Shown: positions 1-15,940 of the stretch, in pieces | Layout: each line of letters starts with the position of its first letter | How positions within the stretch are numbered: position 1 is the first letter of the stretch | From: Eledone cirrhosa | Taxonomy: Eukaryota | Assembly: GCA_964016885.1 (NCBI GenBank) | Contig: OZ024742.1 | Coordinates: 176,824,001-176,888,000 of the forward strand | DNA: 64,000 bases | Reading direction: 5' to 3' | Made by a program: the position numbers and the translations under genes | Notes under the pieces: model-generated | What the model saw: only the letters and a program-made list of their open reading frames with translations | The model's database searches: none | What the model was told of the DNA's origin: nothing

Positions 1-599
1 TTTACCAGTGCTGGAAATTTCACTCAATCCGTAGCTCACATCAATTATTTGTTATTTGAATATCATTTTTCATTTCTGGGGGGAGAAAGTCAATTAGATT
101 GAAGAACATCGTCCCTATGGATACACATAGATATTTAAAACGGGTCTGAAAATATTTATTTTCAGACGTACACGATGATGATATTACTTAAAAACAAACT
201 AAATATATCAAAACAATAAATAGGAAAGGAGAGAAAAAAGGAGACAGGCAGTAGGTCACCAATTCATATACTTCTGGCTAGGTGGTATAAATCAGTTCCA
301 CCTCGTGGTAGAAAGGGCAAAAGCATTGTCATGGAGAACGACTAGGTATACCTGCTGCTCCATCGGGCGCACCCCTTCATACCCTTTTTTCTCAATTGAA
401 ATCTCTATATTTGGGAAGTTAAACGGACGTCTCGACGGCAAATGACAGGAAAAGCAGTCAGTCATTTTCCGGTACTTAAATATCTTCAACTCCTCAGTGT
501 TATGGGTGGCAGTGGTGTAGATTTTCATGGAGGTGACAAGGCTGGACCCAGTAAACGAGTCGCACGTACATAATAAATAAGTATTAATTTCCTCTAATC

Positions 600-661
600 G
601 ATAAAATAAAGTACCAGTAATGCACTGTGTAATTGCTGGCCTTGTGCCTAACGTAGAAACA
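600..661 (+). mobile_element. 5'-truncated tRNA-derived SINE (family A, 3' part) with 17-bp TSD
   Basis: Matches the SINE-A 3' half (gataaaataaagtaccagt...gcctaacgtagaaaca). Flanked by the direct repeat attaatttcctctaatc at 583-599 and 662-678. Confidence 0.85.
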
Positions 662-687
662 ATTAATTTCCTCTAATCATGAATAAA

Positions 688-1380
688 ATAATTGTTTCTA
701 CTTTTGGCGCAAGGCCAGCAATTATCCCAATGTATTACTGGTACTTTAATTCCTCGACCCCCATAAGGATGAAAGGCAAAGTTAACCTCGGCGGGATTTG
801 AACTCAGATCAAGAATAAAATAATTGTTTCTACTTTAGGCACAAGGCCAGCAAATAACCAGTGCATTACTGGTACTTTATTTTATCGACCCCGCAAGGAC
901 GAAAGGCAAAGACAACATCGGCGGGATTTGAACTCAGATCGTAAAGGGACGTAACTATGCTGGAAAGCATCGCGTCCGACCCTCTATAGACACTTAAAAT
1001 AAGTGTTTCTACTTTTGGCACCAGGCCAGCAATTATCCGAGTGCATTATTGGTACTTTATTCTATCGACCCCGTAAGGATGAAAGGCAAAGTTAACCTCG
1101 GCGGGATTTGAAATCAGATCATAAAGGGAGGTAACTCTATGCTTCAAAGCATGGCGTCCGACCCTCTACCGATACTGCCAATCCACCGCCCTCAGATACT
1201 TAAAATAATGATTTCTAATTTAGGCACAAGGTCATCAATTTGTTAGAGTGGAATACAGATTATATTGAACCCAGTACTTAAGTTATCCCTGACACGATGC
1301 GATGTCAGAACATAGAGAGCCAGAGCAAATACGAAAACGCATCATATCCAACTTTCATACACTTCCAACCCACCAATCTT
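688..1380 (-). mobile_element. Head-to-tail cluster of four SINE-A copies (about 688-810, 821-990, 1003-1192, plus an older diverged copy at about 1205-1380)
   Basis: Repeated gtttctact..ggcacaaggccagc..ggtactttattttatcgacccc..gatgaaaggcaaag..ggcgggatttgaactcag. The reverse complement has tRNA A-box-like (tggcagtatcggtag) and B-box (gagttcaaatcc) motifs. Confidence 0.85.
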
Positions 1381-1879
1381 AAATGAAATAATAGTTGCAT
1401 TGGAACCACTAGGAATAAATGGCAACTGCTTGAATAAAGAAATGTTGAATTATATTGAGGGTAGTAACTGTAAATCACTTTAGCTACAATACATGGTTGT
1501 GCTAGTGATAAAATTATAACCTTGACATTTTATCTACATTTTATGTATCTACTATCGACGAGGTCGTATCTCATTGAATTTCTATCTGGTTTTATAAGAT
1601 TGAGAGAACAGGGCAGCGTCCCTGCACACATGAGAATTTCCTAGACTAGTGAAGTTTATGTGGTTGATGTTCCGCTTTAATATTTATATAGCAATCACAG
1701 CGTAGAAAACATTGCTGGCAGAAAATATAAACCGGCTACAATCTGGAGAGAAAAGAATGGGAGGATATTTTAAAGGTAGAAATTAGATGATAGTTAGTAA
1801 CGATGGTGAGCAGAAGAGAGAAGAGAGAAAATGTGGTACTAATGGAGACTGGCATTTCACTGTGTTAGTGGAGGCATCA

Positions 1880-2225
1880 GGAGTTCTATTTTAACCATAA
1901 AATCTCGAGTTTGATCCCACTGATCCCACTGTATGACATCTTGTACAAGTGGCATTTACAACATCTTCGGAACAAGCCAAATGTTATGAATAAAATGGGG
2001 TTGACGGAAACTCTTTGTAAGTCAATAGAATGGACTGTGCGCCAACTCAAATAATCGACCTTCTGTCCCACTGTGTCATACTAAATCCTTCTGAGAATCA
2101 GGTTAAGGGTACACGATACTATGAAATGCTTCGGTAAGTGCACGTTAGTTTCACAAACAGACAGCTGCGTTCATCGAGCAAATGGAATACAGATCATCGA
2201 AACCGATGGAGGGCCATTCTATTCC
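1880..2225 (+). mobile_element. Old, diverged SINE of a second family
   Basis: B-box-like gagtttgatccc and a 3' region (tgtgtcatact...ctgagaa..gttaagggtacacg) resembling the minus-strand relic at about 51770-52030. Confidence 0.4.
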
Positions 2226-2615
2226 AACAGTATTCCACGTGTTTTTGTTGTTATAGAACATAACTTAATAGATAACTTGTAACGAACATGGGATGTAATA
2301 GTTTCTGGATATAAATAACAATCATAGTATTTGTGATGTAATCTTAGCAATACTTTAAAAATCACAGTCAACGTGAGAGTTAACCAGAGATAGCATTGGT
2401 TAATTGTTATTGCAAAATATTTTTAGCGTGTGTTACAGAGAAAAAACTTTACAACACTCAACAACTCATGTTAAGTGTACATGTATATTAGACATTTATA
2501 TTAGGCATGTATATCAGACATGTGTATTACTACTACTCCTATCATTAGGAAACCTTCTGAAATTGAGAACCATCTGTCTATACGAAATATTACTGAATAG
2601 ATTCATCAGCCCTCA

Positions 2616-2708
2616 TACACACGCGCGCACACTCAGACACACACAGACACACACAGACATACACACACAGCATACACACACACACACACGCACACACACA
2701 CACACACA

Positions 2709-2793
<85 letters not shown>
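2616..2793. repeat. (CA)n-(TA)n compound microsatellite
   Basis: Direct reading. Confidence 0.97.
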
Positions 2794-2796
<3 letters not shown>

Positions 2797-3105
2797 ATAC
2801 CATGTGCTTTTCTCGTCGCCATCAGTTCTGTATGTTAACGGGTGTAAGTTTAGATAGATCGATTTCCCTCACTGATGATCCAAAATCGATTATCTAACTT
2901 AACCGATATTTAGTGAAATATATTCACATGTTGTGAAGGATACATATGAAGGAGATATATATGATTTTTATCAGGTATCTATGTTTTAAATTTTTGTTAA
3001 ATATTGATATGATACTCTAACGAACTATGTGTTCTTACGTTCTATACAGGTCGTCTTTTGTTAAAGTGTGATATATCTTATTATACAGTTATATCATTGG
3101 ATATT

Positions 3106-3329
<224 letters not shown>

Positions 3330-3420
3330 ATTCACTATTTTATAATGAGTAAATGCTCGGATTTATTCTTTAAATATTTTCTATGTGCTGACTTTGAGAG
3401 AGAGACAGGACACAGGAGAT

Positions 3421-3607
3421 TGGTGGATTGGCAGTATTGGTAGACGGTCGGACGCCATGCTTTCCAGCATAGTTACGTCCCTTTACGATCTGAGTTCAAA
3501 TCCCGCCGAGGTTGACTTTGCCTTTCATCCTTACGGGGTCGATAAAATAAAGTACCAGTAATGCACTGGTTAATTGCTGACCTTGTGCCTAAAGTAGAGA
3601 CAATTAT
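3421..3607 (+). mobile_element. Near full-length SINE-A
   Basis: ggtggattggcagtattggtaga...gagttcaaatcccgccgagg...ggggtcgataaaataaagtaccagt...cctaaagtagagacaattat. Confidence 0.9.
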
Positions 3608-3659
3608 CTCAATCATGACATCCATAACTTTTAATGTAATATATATATATATATATATG

Positions 3660-4050
3660 GTAAATTTCTTTAAGACGTTTTGAAGCCTCGACAATGCAGA
3701 TGGATAAATCTCCGGGTAACAAGATCCGGTGGTGGAGAGAGAGATGTAAGTGGGTGTGGTTTGTGATGCGCGGCGTGTATAAGATTGTAACGTGTAGAGG
3801 AATGAAGGAATGAGCGTAAAGGATAAAAATAAAAATAACAACACGAGAAAGAGTTACCTTGGGAGAGATTTAATTGTCCCTATATATTTCGGATTCACAT
3901 CCATCAACTGGGGGTTCTTTCCGGGGGGGGGGGGATCTGTCGGAAAGGTGCTCAAACGTGTCCTCCGCTGTTCGTTGTTTTGAATATCTGAGGTATTCAG
4001 CAGAGCGCTTGTGCGCGTGAAATGGGGTCGGTCAGGCAGAGGTCAGCGGC
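3660..4050 (-). mobile_element. Decayed 3' end of a Penelope-like element
   Basis: Reverse complement of about 3990-4050 reads ..DLCLT..LLN.., similar to PLE GIY-YIG C-termini. The element ends next to (TA)n. Confidence 0.35.
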
Positions 4051-4612
4051 CGAAGTAGTTCTTTCAATTGTAGGAGTGGGGTGGCGCTAGCTGTCATACC
4101 ATTCTCTGCCTGTTTGGTGAATGTTACTGTGTGTGTGTGTGTGTGTGTGCGTGTGCTGTTGTCTCGCTTGAGTGTGTGTGTGTGGTGCGTGTGTTGTTGC
4201 CTTGTTCCGCTGTATTGGCAGATTAGTATGTTCGTATGGTGGAATGCTAATGTGTGTGTGTGTGGCTGTGCGTGTGTTGCTGTCTCGCGTGTGTGTGTGT
4301 GCGTGTGTTGCTGCATCGTTTCTTAACTTAAACTAACCACCTCATTTCGCTTCTCTCGGATCGGTTGTTTAATTGTGGCCCCCACATATATATATTTATA
4401 CTATATTATATTAATAGTGTTATATTAATAGTGTGAGGTATGTGTGTGTGTCTGTGTCCGCTCTGTCATTGTTGAAATGTCTTAAATACAGAACAACATA
4501 TAATATGTCAGAAAGTGTCCACAAAAATGAAATGATAGCTTTTCATGCACATTGGAAAACAAATGCATGAAAGACACACAGAATCACTGGAATATATATA
4601 TATATAAATATA

Positions 4613-4747
4613 TATTTATTAAAATAACAGATTAAAGTTTGAGCAAAGAATCGCTGATACACCCTTAACGGGGTCTTCTGAAGATCCCGTTAAGGGTGAA
4701 AGCAGCAATTCTTTGCTTAAACTTTAATCTGTTATTTTAATAAATAT
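4613..4747. repeat. Fold-back inverted repeat centred on an HHR-like core
   Basis: Arms aaaataacagattaaagttt...acccttaacggg / cccgttaagggt...aaactttaatctgttatttt. The centre tcttctgaaga overlaps CTGAAGA (4678-4684), followed by GAAA (4698-4701). Confidence 0.85.
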
Positions 4748-4960
4748 TTGCTCTACGGTTCTTATATATTTGATATATATTTATCCTTATCGAGCCCTCT
4801 TTGGATGTTAGTCTTCAAATGTATTATTATGACTATATATATATATTAATAAAAGGAATTCCAATTTTGTCTGATTTACTCGTTTTATTTACAATTCTTT
4901 AAAATTATAATGGTATTAGAATGAAATAGTATGGTAGAATATTAAATGTTAACTGTTAAT

Positions 4961-4999
4961 TGAACAGGTACTTTCATGCATTCGCAATCTTCAGGTTCA
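4961..4999 (-). ncRNA. Minimal type I hammerhead ribozyme in the PLE 3' repeat (cleavage-site U16.1 mutated to C)
   Basis: Reverse complement: TGAAC CTGAAGA TTGC-GAAT-GCAT GAAA GTAC CT GTTCA. The paralog at 60912-60950 has the intact CTT triplet. Confidence 0.75.
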
Positions 5000-5280
5000 T
5001 ATTCTGTGGTGACAGTCATGTTTGCAATTTTCAACTGTAATGAGATGGGTTAATTTTGTGCCTTATATACAGTGAAAAGCGGCTACAAAATGCCAATTTT
5101 GCAAACTGTATTTCGACCAATCGGTGTGTAGTTTCACTGGATTACAGAAGCTGATTGGTTTAGGTGTCACGGTTGGTTGAGCATGTCTAACGAGTTCTAT
5201 TTGGCCCTATCCAAAGCATCAATTGTTTTTTAGAAATGATGAAAATAGCATTTTCTAGGGTTTTATAACCCTAAGAATTA

Positions 5281-5865
5281 TTATTGTTCATTTAGCTTGG
5301 GTTGGAATTTATCAATAAAATTATTTTCTTTGATTTTTCTCTTGATTTCACTTGGGCTGTGTAATTTGTAGAATGGAAATATTATAAATATTTTCGGACC
5401 ACATGTTGGTAGATTGTTACTCAGGGGTATCTGACGGACATTTGGGTCTATGATCTGCTGTCGGTGCACACGTGCACGTTCCGATAGTGCATTTCCAGTT
5501 TGACCGATATATAGTTCTTCACAATTCCGGCATTTAATGCAGTAAATTAGATTTCTGCTTTTGCAGTTCATATTTGCATTTTGGAATATGTTTCCAGTTT
5601 TTGTGTTCATATATTGACCGGTGCGTATGGATTGACATGTGCCACATCGACTATCATTGCATTTAGATACAGTGAATGATTGGTCTTTGTTGTTAAGGTC
5701 AAACTTTGCTTTTGTTAGTAATTGCTTCAAATTTTTTGGTTGTCTTTTACTAAGAGTCAAAGATCGGTCTGTGATTAGGCCTTTTAATTCATTACTTTGA
5801 GCAATGATTGGTAGGTTTGCTTTGGCAGTGTTGAAGATATTCTGGTGACGTGGGTTGTGTGTCAT
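5281..5865 (-). pseudogene. PLE GIY-YIG endonuclease C-terminal fragment
   Basis: CxxxxCxxC linker, then LIY..CxxC..YIG..R..H motifs. Confidence 0.88.
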
Positions 5866-6760
5866 TATAAATGGTATGACCAGTCCTTGGTTTCTTATTC
5901 CTTGTTTGGGCTAAGTTGTTGTATAGGTGTTTTTATAGCCCGATGTATGCCATTTTCTATATGTAGAGATGTGTATTTTTGTTTCAGCAAACATTCTTTC
6001 AGTTCTGTTAGGCGTTTGTTTCTGGTATTCGTATCTTCTACAATGGTACAAATGCTTCTGGTAAGGCAGTATGGGATGTTGCATTTTGTATGAGGTGGAT
6101 GGCATACCTAAAATTCAGATAGTGATGGGTGTGTGTGTGTTTATAATATATATCCGTGGTAATGGTGGTGTCGTTTTTGATTACCATTATATCTAGGAAT
6201 GGTAATTTGGTACTACTCATCTCTTTTGTGAGTTGGAGAGATGGGTGTAGGTTATTGAGGAGGATATTGAACTCATCCAGAGTATCTAGAGATTCTGTCC
6301 AGATGATGAAACAGTCGTCAAGGTATCTCTTCCATCATTTTTCAATGTACTTTCTAAAGTCAGTGCTATATTTTCCTCTATTTGTTGGTAGGGTTGTTGT
6401 TCTAAGGATCCCATTACAGAGTTCGTGTAAACGGGAGCAAACTTCGTTCCCATCGATGTGCCTCTAATTTCGATGTCATTCTTTCCATTGAAGAAGAAAG
6501 TGTTGTTTTCCAGAACAAGTTTGACTGCGTCTATTATAAATGGCGCTGTGAATTTGGTGGGAATTACTTCTCTATGTTTTCCCATCCAGTATTTAACCGC
6601 CTTTATTCCTAAATCATGTTTAATGTTGGTGTAAAAGGCTTACCACATCAAAACTAAGTAGAAGTGAATTCGTTTCCGTGGTTTTGGGAAGATGGGACAG
6701 GAAGTCGATATCATCCCGGATGAAACTGGGTATGTGAATACATAGTGGTTTCAAAATAAT

Positions 6761-6946
6761 TGTTTCTACTTTAGGCACAATGCCAGCAATTACCCAGTGC
6801 ATTATTGGTACTTTATTTTATCGACCCCGTAAGGATGAAAGGCAAAGTCAACCTCGGCGGGATTTGAACTCAGATCGTAAAGGGACGTAACTATGCTGGA
6901 AAGCATGGCGTCCGACTCTCTACCGATACTGCCAATCCACCGCCCT
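6761..6946 (-). mobile_element. Full-length SINE-A inserted in the PLE RT region, 18-bp TSD
   Basis: TSD tagtggtttcaaaataat at 6743-6760 and 6947-6964. The empty site is visible in the PLE copy at about 62935-62952. Confidence 0.95.
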
Positions 6947-8135
6947 TAGTGGTTTCAAAATAATGTCAACAACATTGCTTAGACGGTGGGGAGGGCATGT
7001 TGGACCAGCTATAACAGGTCTACGTTTTAAGTCTTTTGGGTGTAGTAGTTTAATGTACACACTATTTTGTTCTTTTGATTTATGAACTTTCGGTAGGCCA
7101 TACAGGTTGCTGGGTTTTGGCTCAAAATTGATGATGTAGTCTCTTTCCTTATCATTAAGTGAGTTGTAATATTCTGAAGCCAGGTTGTGATTTTCTTCAT
7201 GATGTTGTGGTCTATATTTGACGGTATTTCATGATATAATGTTGTGTCTTTCAGTTGTTCCTCAACCAAATTTTGTAGTATTCAGCATCCATTATAACAA
7301 CTGCACCCCCTTTATCTGCTTGTTTAATTATTATTGTTTTATCATTTTATATATGTTTAAGTGCAGACATTTCTGATTCGTTAATGTTTGGCCTAACATT
7401 AGTATTACGTCTAAGAGGAAATTTAGACAGGATGTCAATGTATTGGTCAATGTATTTCTTACTTTTGGCGGAGTGAAATTTGATTTATTCTTTACTAGTG
7501 ATTCATCACTCTCATTACTTTTATCAGCGAATAATTCTACAAGTCGTAATTTTCGACAGAATTCGTGGGTATCCTCCTTCAGTTCTTGGAGGTTGACTGT
7601 TGGAGTCGGTGTGATTTTCAGTTCTTTTGACAGAATTTGCATGTTATCATTGTCAAGATCTCTTTTGGATAAATTAATTATTTTAGGATTTACGTGTACA
7701 ATTGTGTTGGGTATGTTTCCTCCTGGAGTTTTATTTTCCGATTTTTGTTGTCCTGACGTTAAAAAATGGATTTTTCTCTGTTCAGGATTTATATTCCTGT
7801 TGGTGTTTGCTTGATGAACTTTTGGTCGTGATATATATTTGGTTTCGTTATGTTTCTTTGTCCTATTTTGGATATTATGTATATTATTTTTCCATTTCTT
7901 GTTAGCATTATTTTTAACAATCTGGGAAAATGACCTAGGTTTGCTTTCAGGTTTAGATCGTTTTTGCGCCCAGTTTCTTGTGGGTAACGGATGGCTGGAA
8001 CAAGTAAAAGGGTAAAAATATATACCTATAATGCATGAATGTTGTGCCTGTATTGTCTGTGAAAGAACATTTGAAGCGAAAAGCACTGCTACATCTCATC
8101 AATTTACATACACAGATGTTCTTACAAACATACAA

Positions 8136-8244
<109 letters not shown>

Positions 8245-8964
8245 AAAATAGGGGACACACAGGACAAAATGTATGTCAGAAAACGGAAAGACGGAGAGTC
8301 CCATTTCTTTAGTCCACCTATGGAAACCACTACGGTTTCGCTGCATTAAGGTTGATACGGTTCATTCCAGTGAAACTCAGGTCATATAAACAGATAAAGA
8401 TGAGTTATGCATTCGGGCAAATTACGCAAATATAGAGGAAAACGCATCCCAAGTGCGTCAACTATTAAAGAAGGAAGAGCTCGGTGTGTGAGTGTTTATC
8501 CAAAGAAGAAATATATAGAAAGGTGAAAGATACTAAAATAGAAATGAAGAATGTGGAGTGAGGCCCAAAGAATATGGATGATTAAAATGAAGGTAAGAAG
8601 AGGAATAACGGAAGACAGACCGGGTCGAATGTTGTTTATTACCTGATAGTTTGAATAGAATCCGCATTACTAAGTGTTTAGAATATGAATTCAAAATAAG
8701 GGGCACACAGGACAGAAACGCTGGCCCCCTACTTTCAGTTGGCGCACTTGAGATAGTTTGTCATCTATATTTGTGTAATTCGCCAAAAGATACAAACGGC
8801 TACCTGTTTTTATATAGATGAGTACTTGATTCTTAGTTCCCACTTAATATTATTATCATTATTATTATTATTATTATTATTATTGGTCTGTTCGGACGCT
8901 TTTTGTTCGCTTCCAGATAGTCGCTTTATTTACCTGTTATAATTATTTGTTGCTTACTTTATCT

Positions 8965-11665
8965 TGTTGTATAAGGGATATAAGATTAGCGAATTAGTTA
9001 AGCGCGCGTTGACGGATGCGATCGTCAAGAACAGGTGGTGGTTTACCTTGAAAAGAGCTATTAGAGTAGAATCGATAAGGTATAGCAAAGGAGTAGTGAT
9101 AGAGAAAAATATAGTAGAGGGAGAGTTACTTAGAAAGCTAGAAGAGGCGTTTAGGACAGGTATCGCAACCGACGACGTGGTTGCGGCGAGATTGGCACTC
9201 GACCAATTATTCAAAGCAAAGCATGAAGGCGGCGTTGTCAGAGCTAAGCGCGTCTTCTAAGACACGAGGGGACGAAAGCCATTCAATGGGCCCGGGTGGT
9301 GGAGGCGCGACGAGTCAACAAGTCCACAATTCGGTCTTTGCCTGATCAAAACGGGTGCATGATGTGTGCGGTTTTTTAACAGCACATTGCTCAATTGTTC
9401 GCGAGCGGCGGCGGGCCGGATCGGAGTATGGACTTTGGTGCATATCTCGAAAGACTGCCGCGGCTCTCGACCACCGCAGCGCAGTGCTGCGAAAGCCGAT
9501 AATAGCAGGTGAAATACGGGAAGCGATGTCTGACTGCACGAGGTGTAAATCGCCAGGTTTGGATGGTCTGCTCTACGAGCTTTATGCGTATATGCCAGGC
9601 TTGTTCGGCGACCTATTGGCAGATGTCTACTGCAACTGGAGCATTCCCAGTTTTGTGAGCCGGGTAGCGATGGCGCTGCTGAGAAAAGAGCCGAACAAGG
9701 CGGACGTTATAGAGCGATACATCATCGAGATGGTGGTTAAGGAACCTAGCACGGGTGGGATCCTGATCAACTTGGATCAATCTAAAGCAGTTGATAGGGT
9801 CGACCATCGGTACCTGGCTGCAGTCCTCGACGTGGCCGGCTTCGGGCCCGTTTTTAGGGGTTGGATTGCTGCGATGCACAGCAACATCTGTTCGATTGTG
9901 AGGGTGAACGGTCACCTGTCGCAGCCTTTCAGCATCATGCGCTCAGTCTGCCAGGGTTGCCTCCTCTCATCTCTCTTGTACGTACTGGCCATCGAGCCGT
10001 TACTGCACAAATTGGACACGATGAGGGGGGGGGGGGGGATCCCACGCGAACTGGATGCAGGAGATCCGTGTCAGCTTACGCCGACAACGTCACTGTGGTG
10101 GTGTCGAGCACCAAACACGTCCAGATGCTCAGCACCGCTCTCAAGGAATACGAAACGGTGACAGGAGCAAAGATAAACCGAGAAAAGTCGGGGGGCCTGC
10201 AACTCGGCGCCTGGAGAGGCAAGTCCATGCCGTCCGACAGCGTTGTGGGGCGCTGGGCGGAAGGATCGGTTAAATTGCTCGGGGTCTGGTTCGGTCCGGA
10301 CCTCCAGATGGAGAAAAACTAGAGCGAGATGACGAGAAGGGTGGCCTCTCTCACCCAGAAATGGGCCGAGAGGAGGCTGTCTCTGAACGGTCGGGCGGAG
10401 GTGGCGAATGCGTACATAACGTCCATCATTTGCTACCACCTGACCGTCGTACCTTGCCCCGGGTCAACTCTGACCAAAATGGAGCATATTCTCTTCCGCT
10501 TTTTGTGGCAGGGATGTGTTCCCATGGTCACACGATCCATTTGCTGTCAACACCCGTTGCGTGGAGGACTGGGCATGCCGTGGCTGGTGATGCGCAAACA
10601 TGTGCTGAGGATGCGACATCTCTGGTCCTTCCTTGACGGGGAACAGATGTGGTCGTCATTTGCCAGACGAGCTTTTCCGCAGCTCGTCTCCTTGACGGAG
10701 CTGCAGCCCTGGATCAGGAAAAGACCGAGGGAATGCGCTTGAAAACTGGAATCTCTCCAAGCGTTAACCGCCCTCTATCAGCTGGGCACTAGTATCGGTG
10801 GAACATCCACCTCGGCGTTATATAGAGGGTGACGACGTTCTCGGGAGAGAACTTTCAGACCGGGGCCTATGGACAACTTCCAGAAATCCCTGGCCTGGCA
10901 GTACTACCGGGGAGCGTTTCCGGTCGGGATAAGCTCTACAGGCACGGAGGTGCTGTCAGCCGAGACTGTCCGAGATGTGTACATGGTGACGAAACCGTCC
11001 TGCACAGACTCGTTCAGTGCCCGAGGATTACTGACTTGTGGAGCTATGTCGAACAGCTGTTGACTTATGAAGGACGGATCCGGTTATCGAGTGAGTCCAT
11101 TGTGCAGATAGCGCCGCCATCCTCCTTTAAAGAGGAGGAAGGGCAGGCAGTTTTCATCTGCCTGGTGGCCATGGCGAAAGAGATTGTGTGGTGGACAAGG
11201 TTTAAAGGGTTGAAGACGGATACTTTCTTCTCCGGCCAAACCCTGATTAACTTTTTCAAGTTTCACTTGGAGAGGAAAATCAAGGTGGAGAGGCAAGTGC
11301 TGTCTCTAGTTAGTTTGTCGAAAGATGGGTGAAAGTGGCAAGTCTGGTCCGAGTGAACGGGTCCGCTCTGAGTATGCACCTGTAGACTGAGAAGTGGGAA
11401 AAGTAGGAGAGGGCGCTTGCCCTGGTGGTCAGGGTGACCGTGGTTTTTTGTGTTGTTTTCACCACGAGTAATCCTCGGAGGTTTCCCCTTTTTGGGGAAT
11501 TTTGTTTGTTTGAATTTTTCTTTAGTTCTAGCCCGATTTCTATCTTGTTAAAACCTATTTACACGACCAAAACCCACATTGTATCGTCCTGCACTGTTCT
11601 GTACAGTCTCTAATGTTTTTCTTCGTGTTAGCCCATGTGGCCAATAAAGAAACCATTACTATTAT

Positions 11666-11670
<5 letters not shown>
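8965..11670 (+). mobile_element. Tx1/L1-clade LINE, 5'-truncated ORF2 (RT plus CCHC), frameshifted
   Basis: KSPGLDGL, NLDQSKAVDRVDHRYL, SVCQGCLLSSLLY, SAYADNVT, TGAKINREKS, RRLSLNGRA, GGLGMP, CPRC..DETVLHRLVQC. GC-rich body, AATAAA at about 11643, then a (TTA)n tail. Confidence 0.88.
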
Positions 11671-11701
<31 letters not shown>

Positions 11702-11837
11702 ATGTTTTGCAGTTCAGTTTCCGTTTAAGATGTTCCACTTACGATGCGTAGTGCAATGTGAGATTGTAGGAAAAGCATAGAAGCCCAAGGTTTCATGCAA
11801 CGTATCTGAAGCAACTGGCTCTGAAGAGAACTCCATG

Positions 11838-14925
<3,088 letters not shown>

Positions 14926-14935
14926 ATATATTTAT

Positions 14936-15455
14936 ATATTGTTATACTTTGGGAGGGTCATGTTCCCAATAAGAAAAACACGCAGCAGTTGCTTTCACTC
15001 CAATTTATTATAAATTATAAATATAAGAAATTTGTAAATTTCCGGTTGGTTGGTTGGTTCCACAACCGGATTTTTGTTCATATATTGTCAAACTTATTTC
15101 GTCACACATGCTGTGACATCTTCAATGAGTAGGGATTATTTTCTTTGTTTTGTGCCTCTCCTTTGTTCTGTCCTACGCCATCAGAACAGAACAATGAAAA
15201 GAATCCCCAGTCACTGAAGATGTCACAGAATGTGTGACGAAAGAACTTTGACAATATATGAACAACCGTCCAGTTGTGCAACCAACCAACCGAAAATTTA
15301 CAAATTTTCTTAAATCTATAATTTATAATATATTGGAGTGAAAGCAACTGGTGCGTGTGTTTCTTATTGGCAACATGACCCTCCCAAAGTATAACAATAT
15401 CGGTTTCAACACAGGTTTTCAGATAAAGAATCTTGCTAAACAAATTCAGAAACGA
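14936..15455. mobile_element. Short non-autonomous HHR-bearing element (family B) as a fold-back pair
   Basis: Imperfect inverted arms at 14936-15150 and 15185-15400 with terminus attgttatactttgggagggtcat. The same terminus occurs at about 28902, 29354-29379, 34882, 38488 and 38687-38706. Confidence 0.8.
15210..15252 (+). ncRNA. Minimal type I hammerhead ribozyme
   Basis: GTCA CTGAAGA T GTCACA-GAATG-TGTGAC GAAA G-AA-C TT|TGAC. Stem I GTCA/TGAC, CUU cleavage triplet. A mutated antisense copy lies at about 15085-15127. Confidence 0.8.
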
Positions 15456-15469
15456 TATATATATATATA

Positions 15470-15940
15470 TTAGGATTGGTGCTCTGAAATAGTGATGTAT
15501 ACATGAATGTTTGTATTTGGTAATATTCTGTATGTTTAATTAAAAACAATTTGAAGACCTTCGGCTATTATTTTAAAAGGTCTTCAAAATGCTTTTAATT
15601 AAACATACAGTATATTACCAAATATACTATACCTACATTCATGTATACATCGCTATTTCCGAGCACCAATCCTAATTTTTTATTTTTTTCTGGACCGGCA
15701 GTCGCTCTGTAAAATCAGTTCCTGATTATTACTGGAATTGTATAAGAATCCAGCCTTTATAATATTTGGCAGAGGTCGGCGAGTACTAGGCTCTGAGGAA
15801 CACCAACAGTGTGAAACAGATCTGTCAGCTTATCTCCCTTCCGTTACTGAAAAAAATTAAGTGATATAGTCACTACTTTAAAATAATAGCGCAAGGTCTT
15901 CAAAATGTTTTAAATTAAACATACAGTATATTACCAAATA

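Larger units (their letters stand above)
4845..7975 (-). mobile_element. Penelope-like retroelement copy 1 (RT plus C-terminal GIY-YIG, Neptune-like), frameshifted
   Basis: ORF fragments KITPTP, KQADKGGAVV, SFDVVSL, RGTSMGTKFAP, LPFLDI, CNDSRCGTC, NLIYCIKCRNCEELYIGQTG. Highly similar to the copy at 60575-64000. Confidence 0.92.

Noticed and set aside
292-528. 78-aa ORF as a possible exon
   Set aside because: No recognisable domain or convincing splice context.
2845-2901. Small old inverted repeat with CTGATGA in its loop
   Set aside because: No GAAA or stem III; too degenerate to call an HHR.
3421-3510. tRNA gene
   Set aside because: The A/B boxes belong to the SINE head; no complete cloverleaf, and it is followed by the SINE body.
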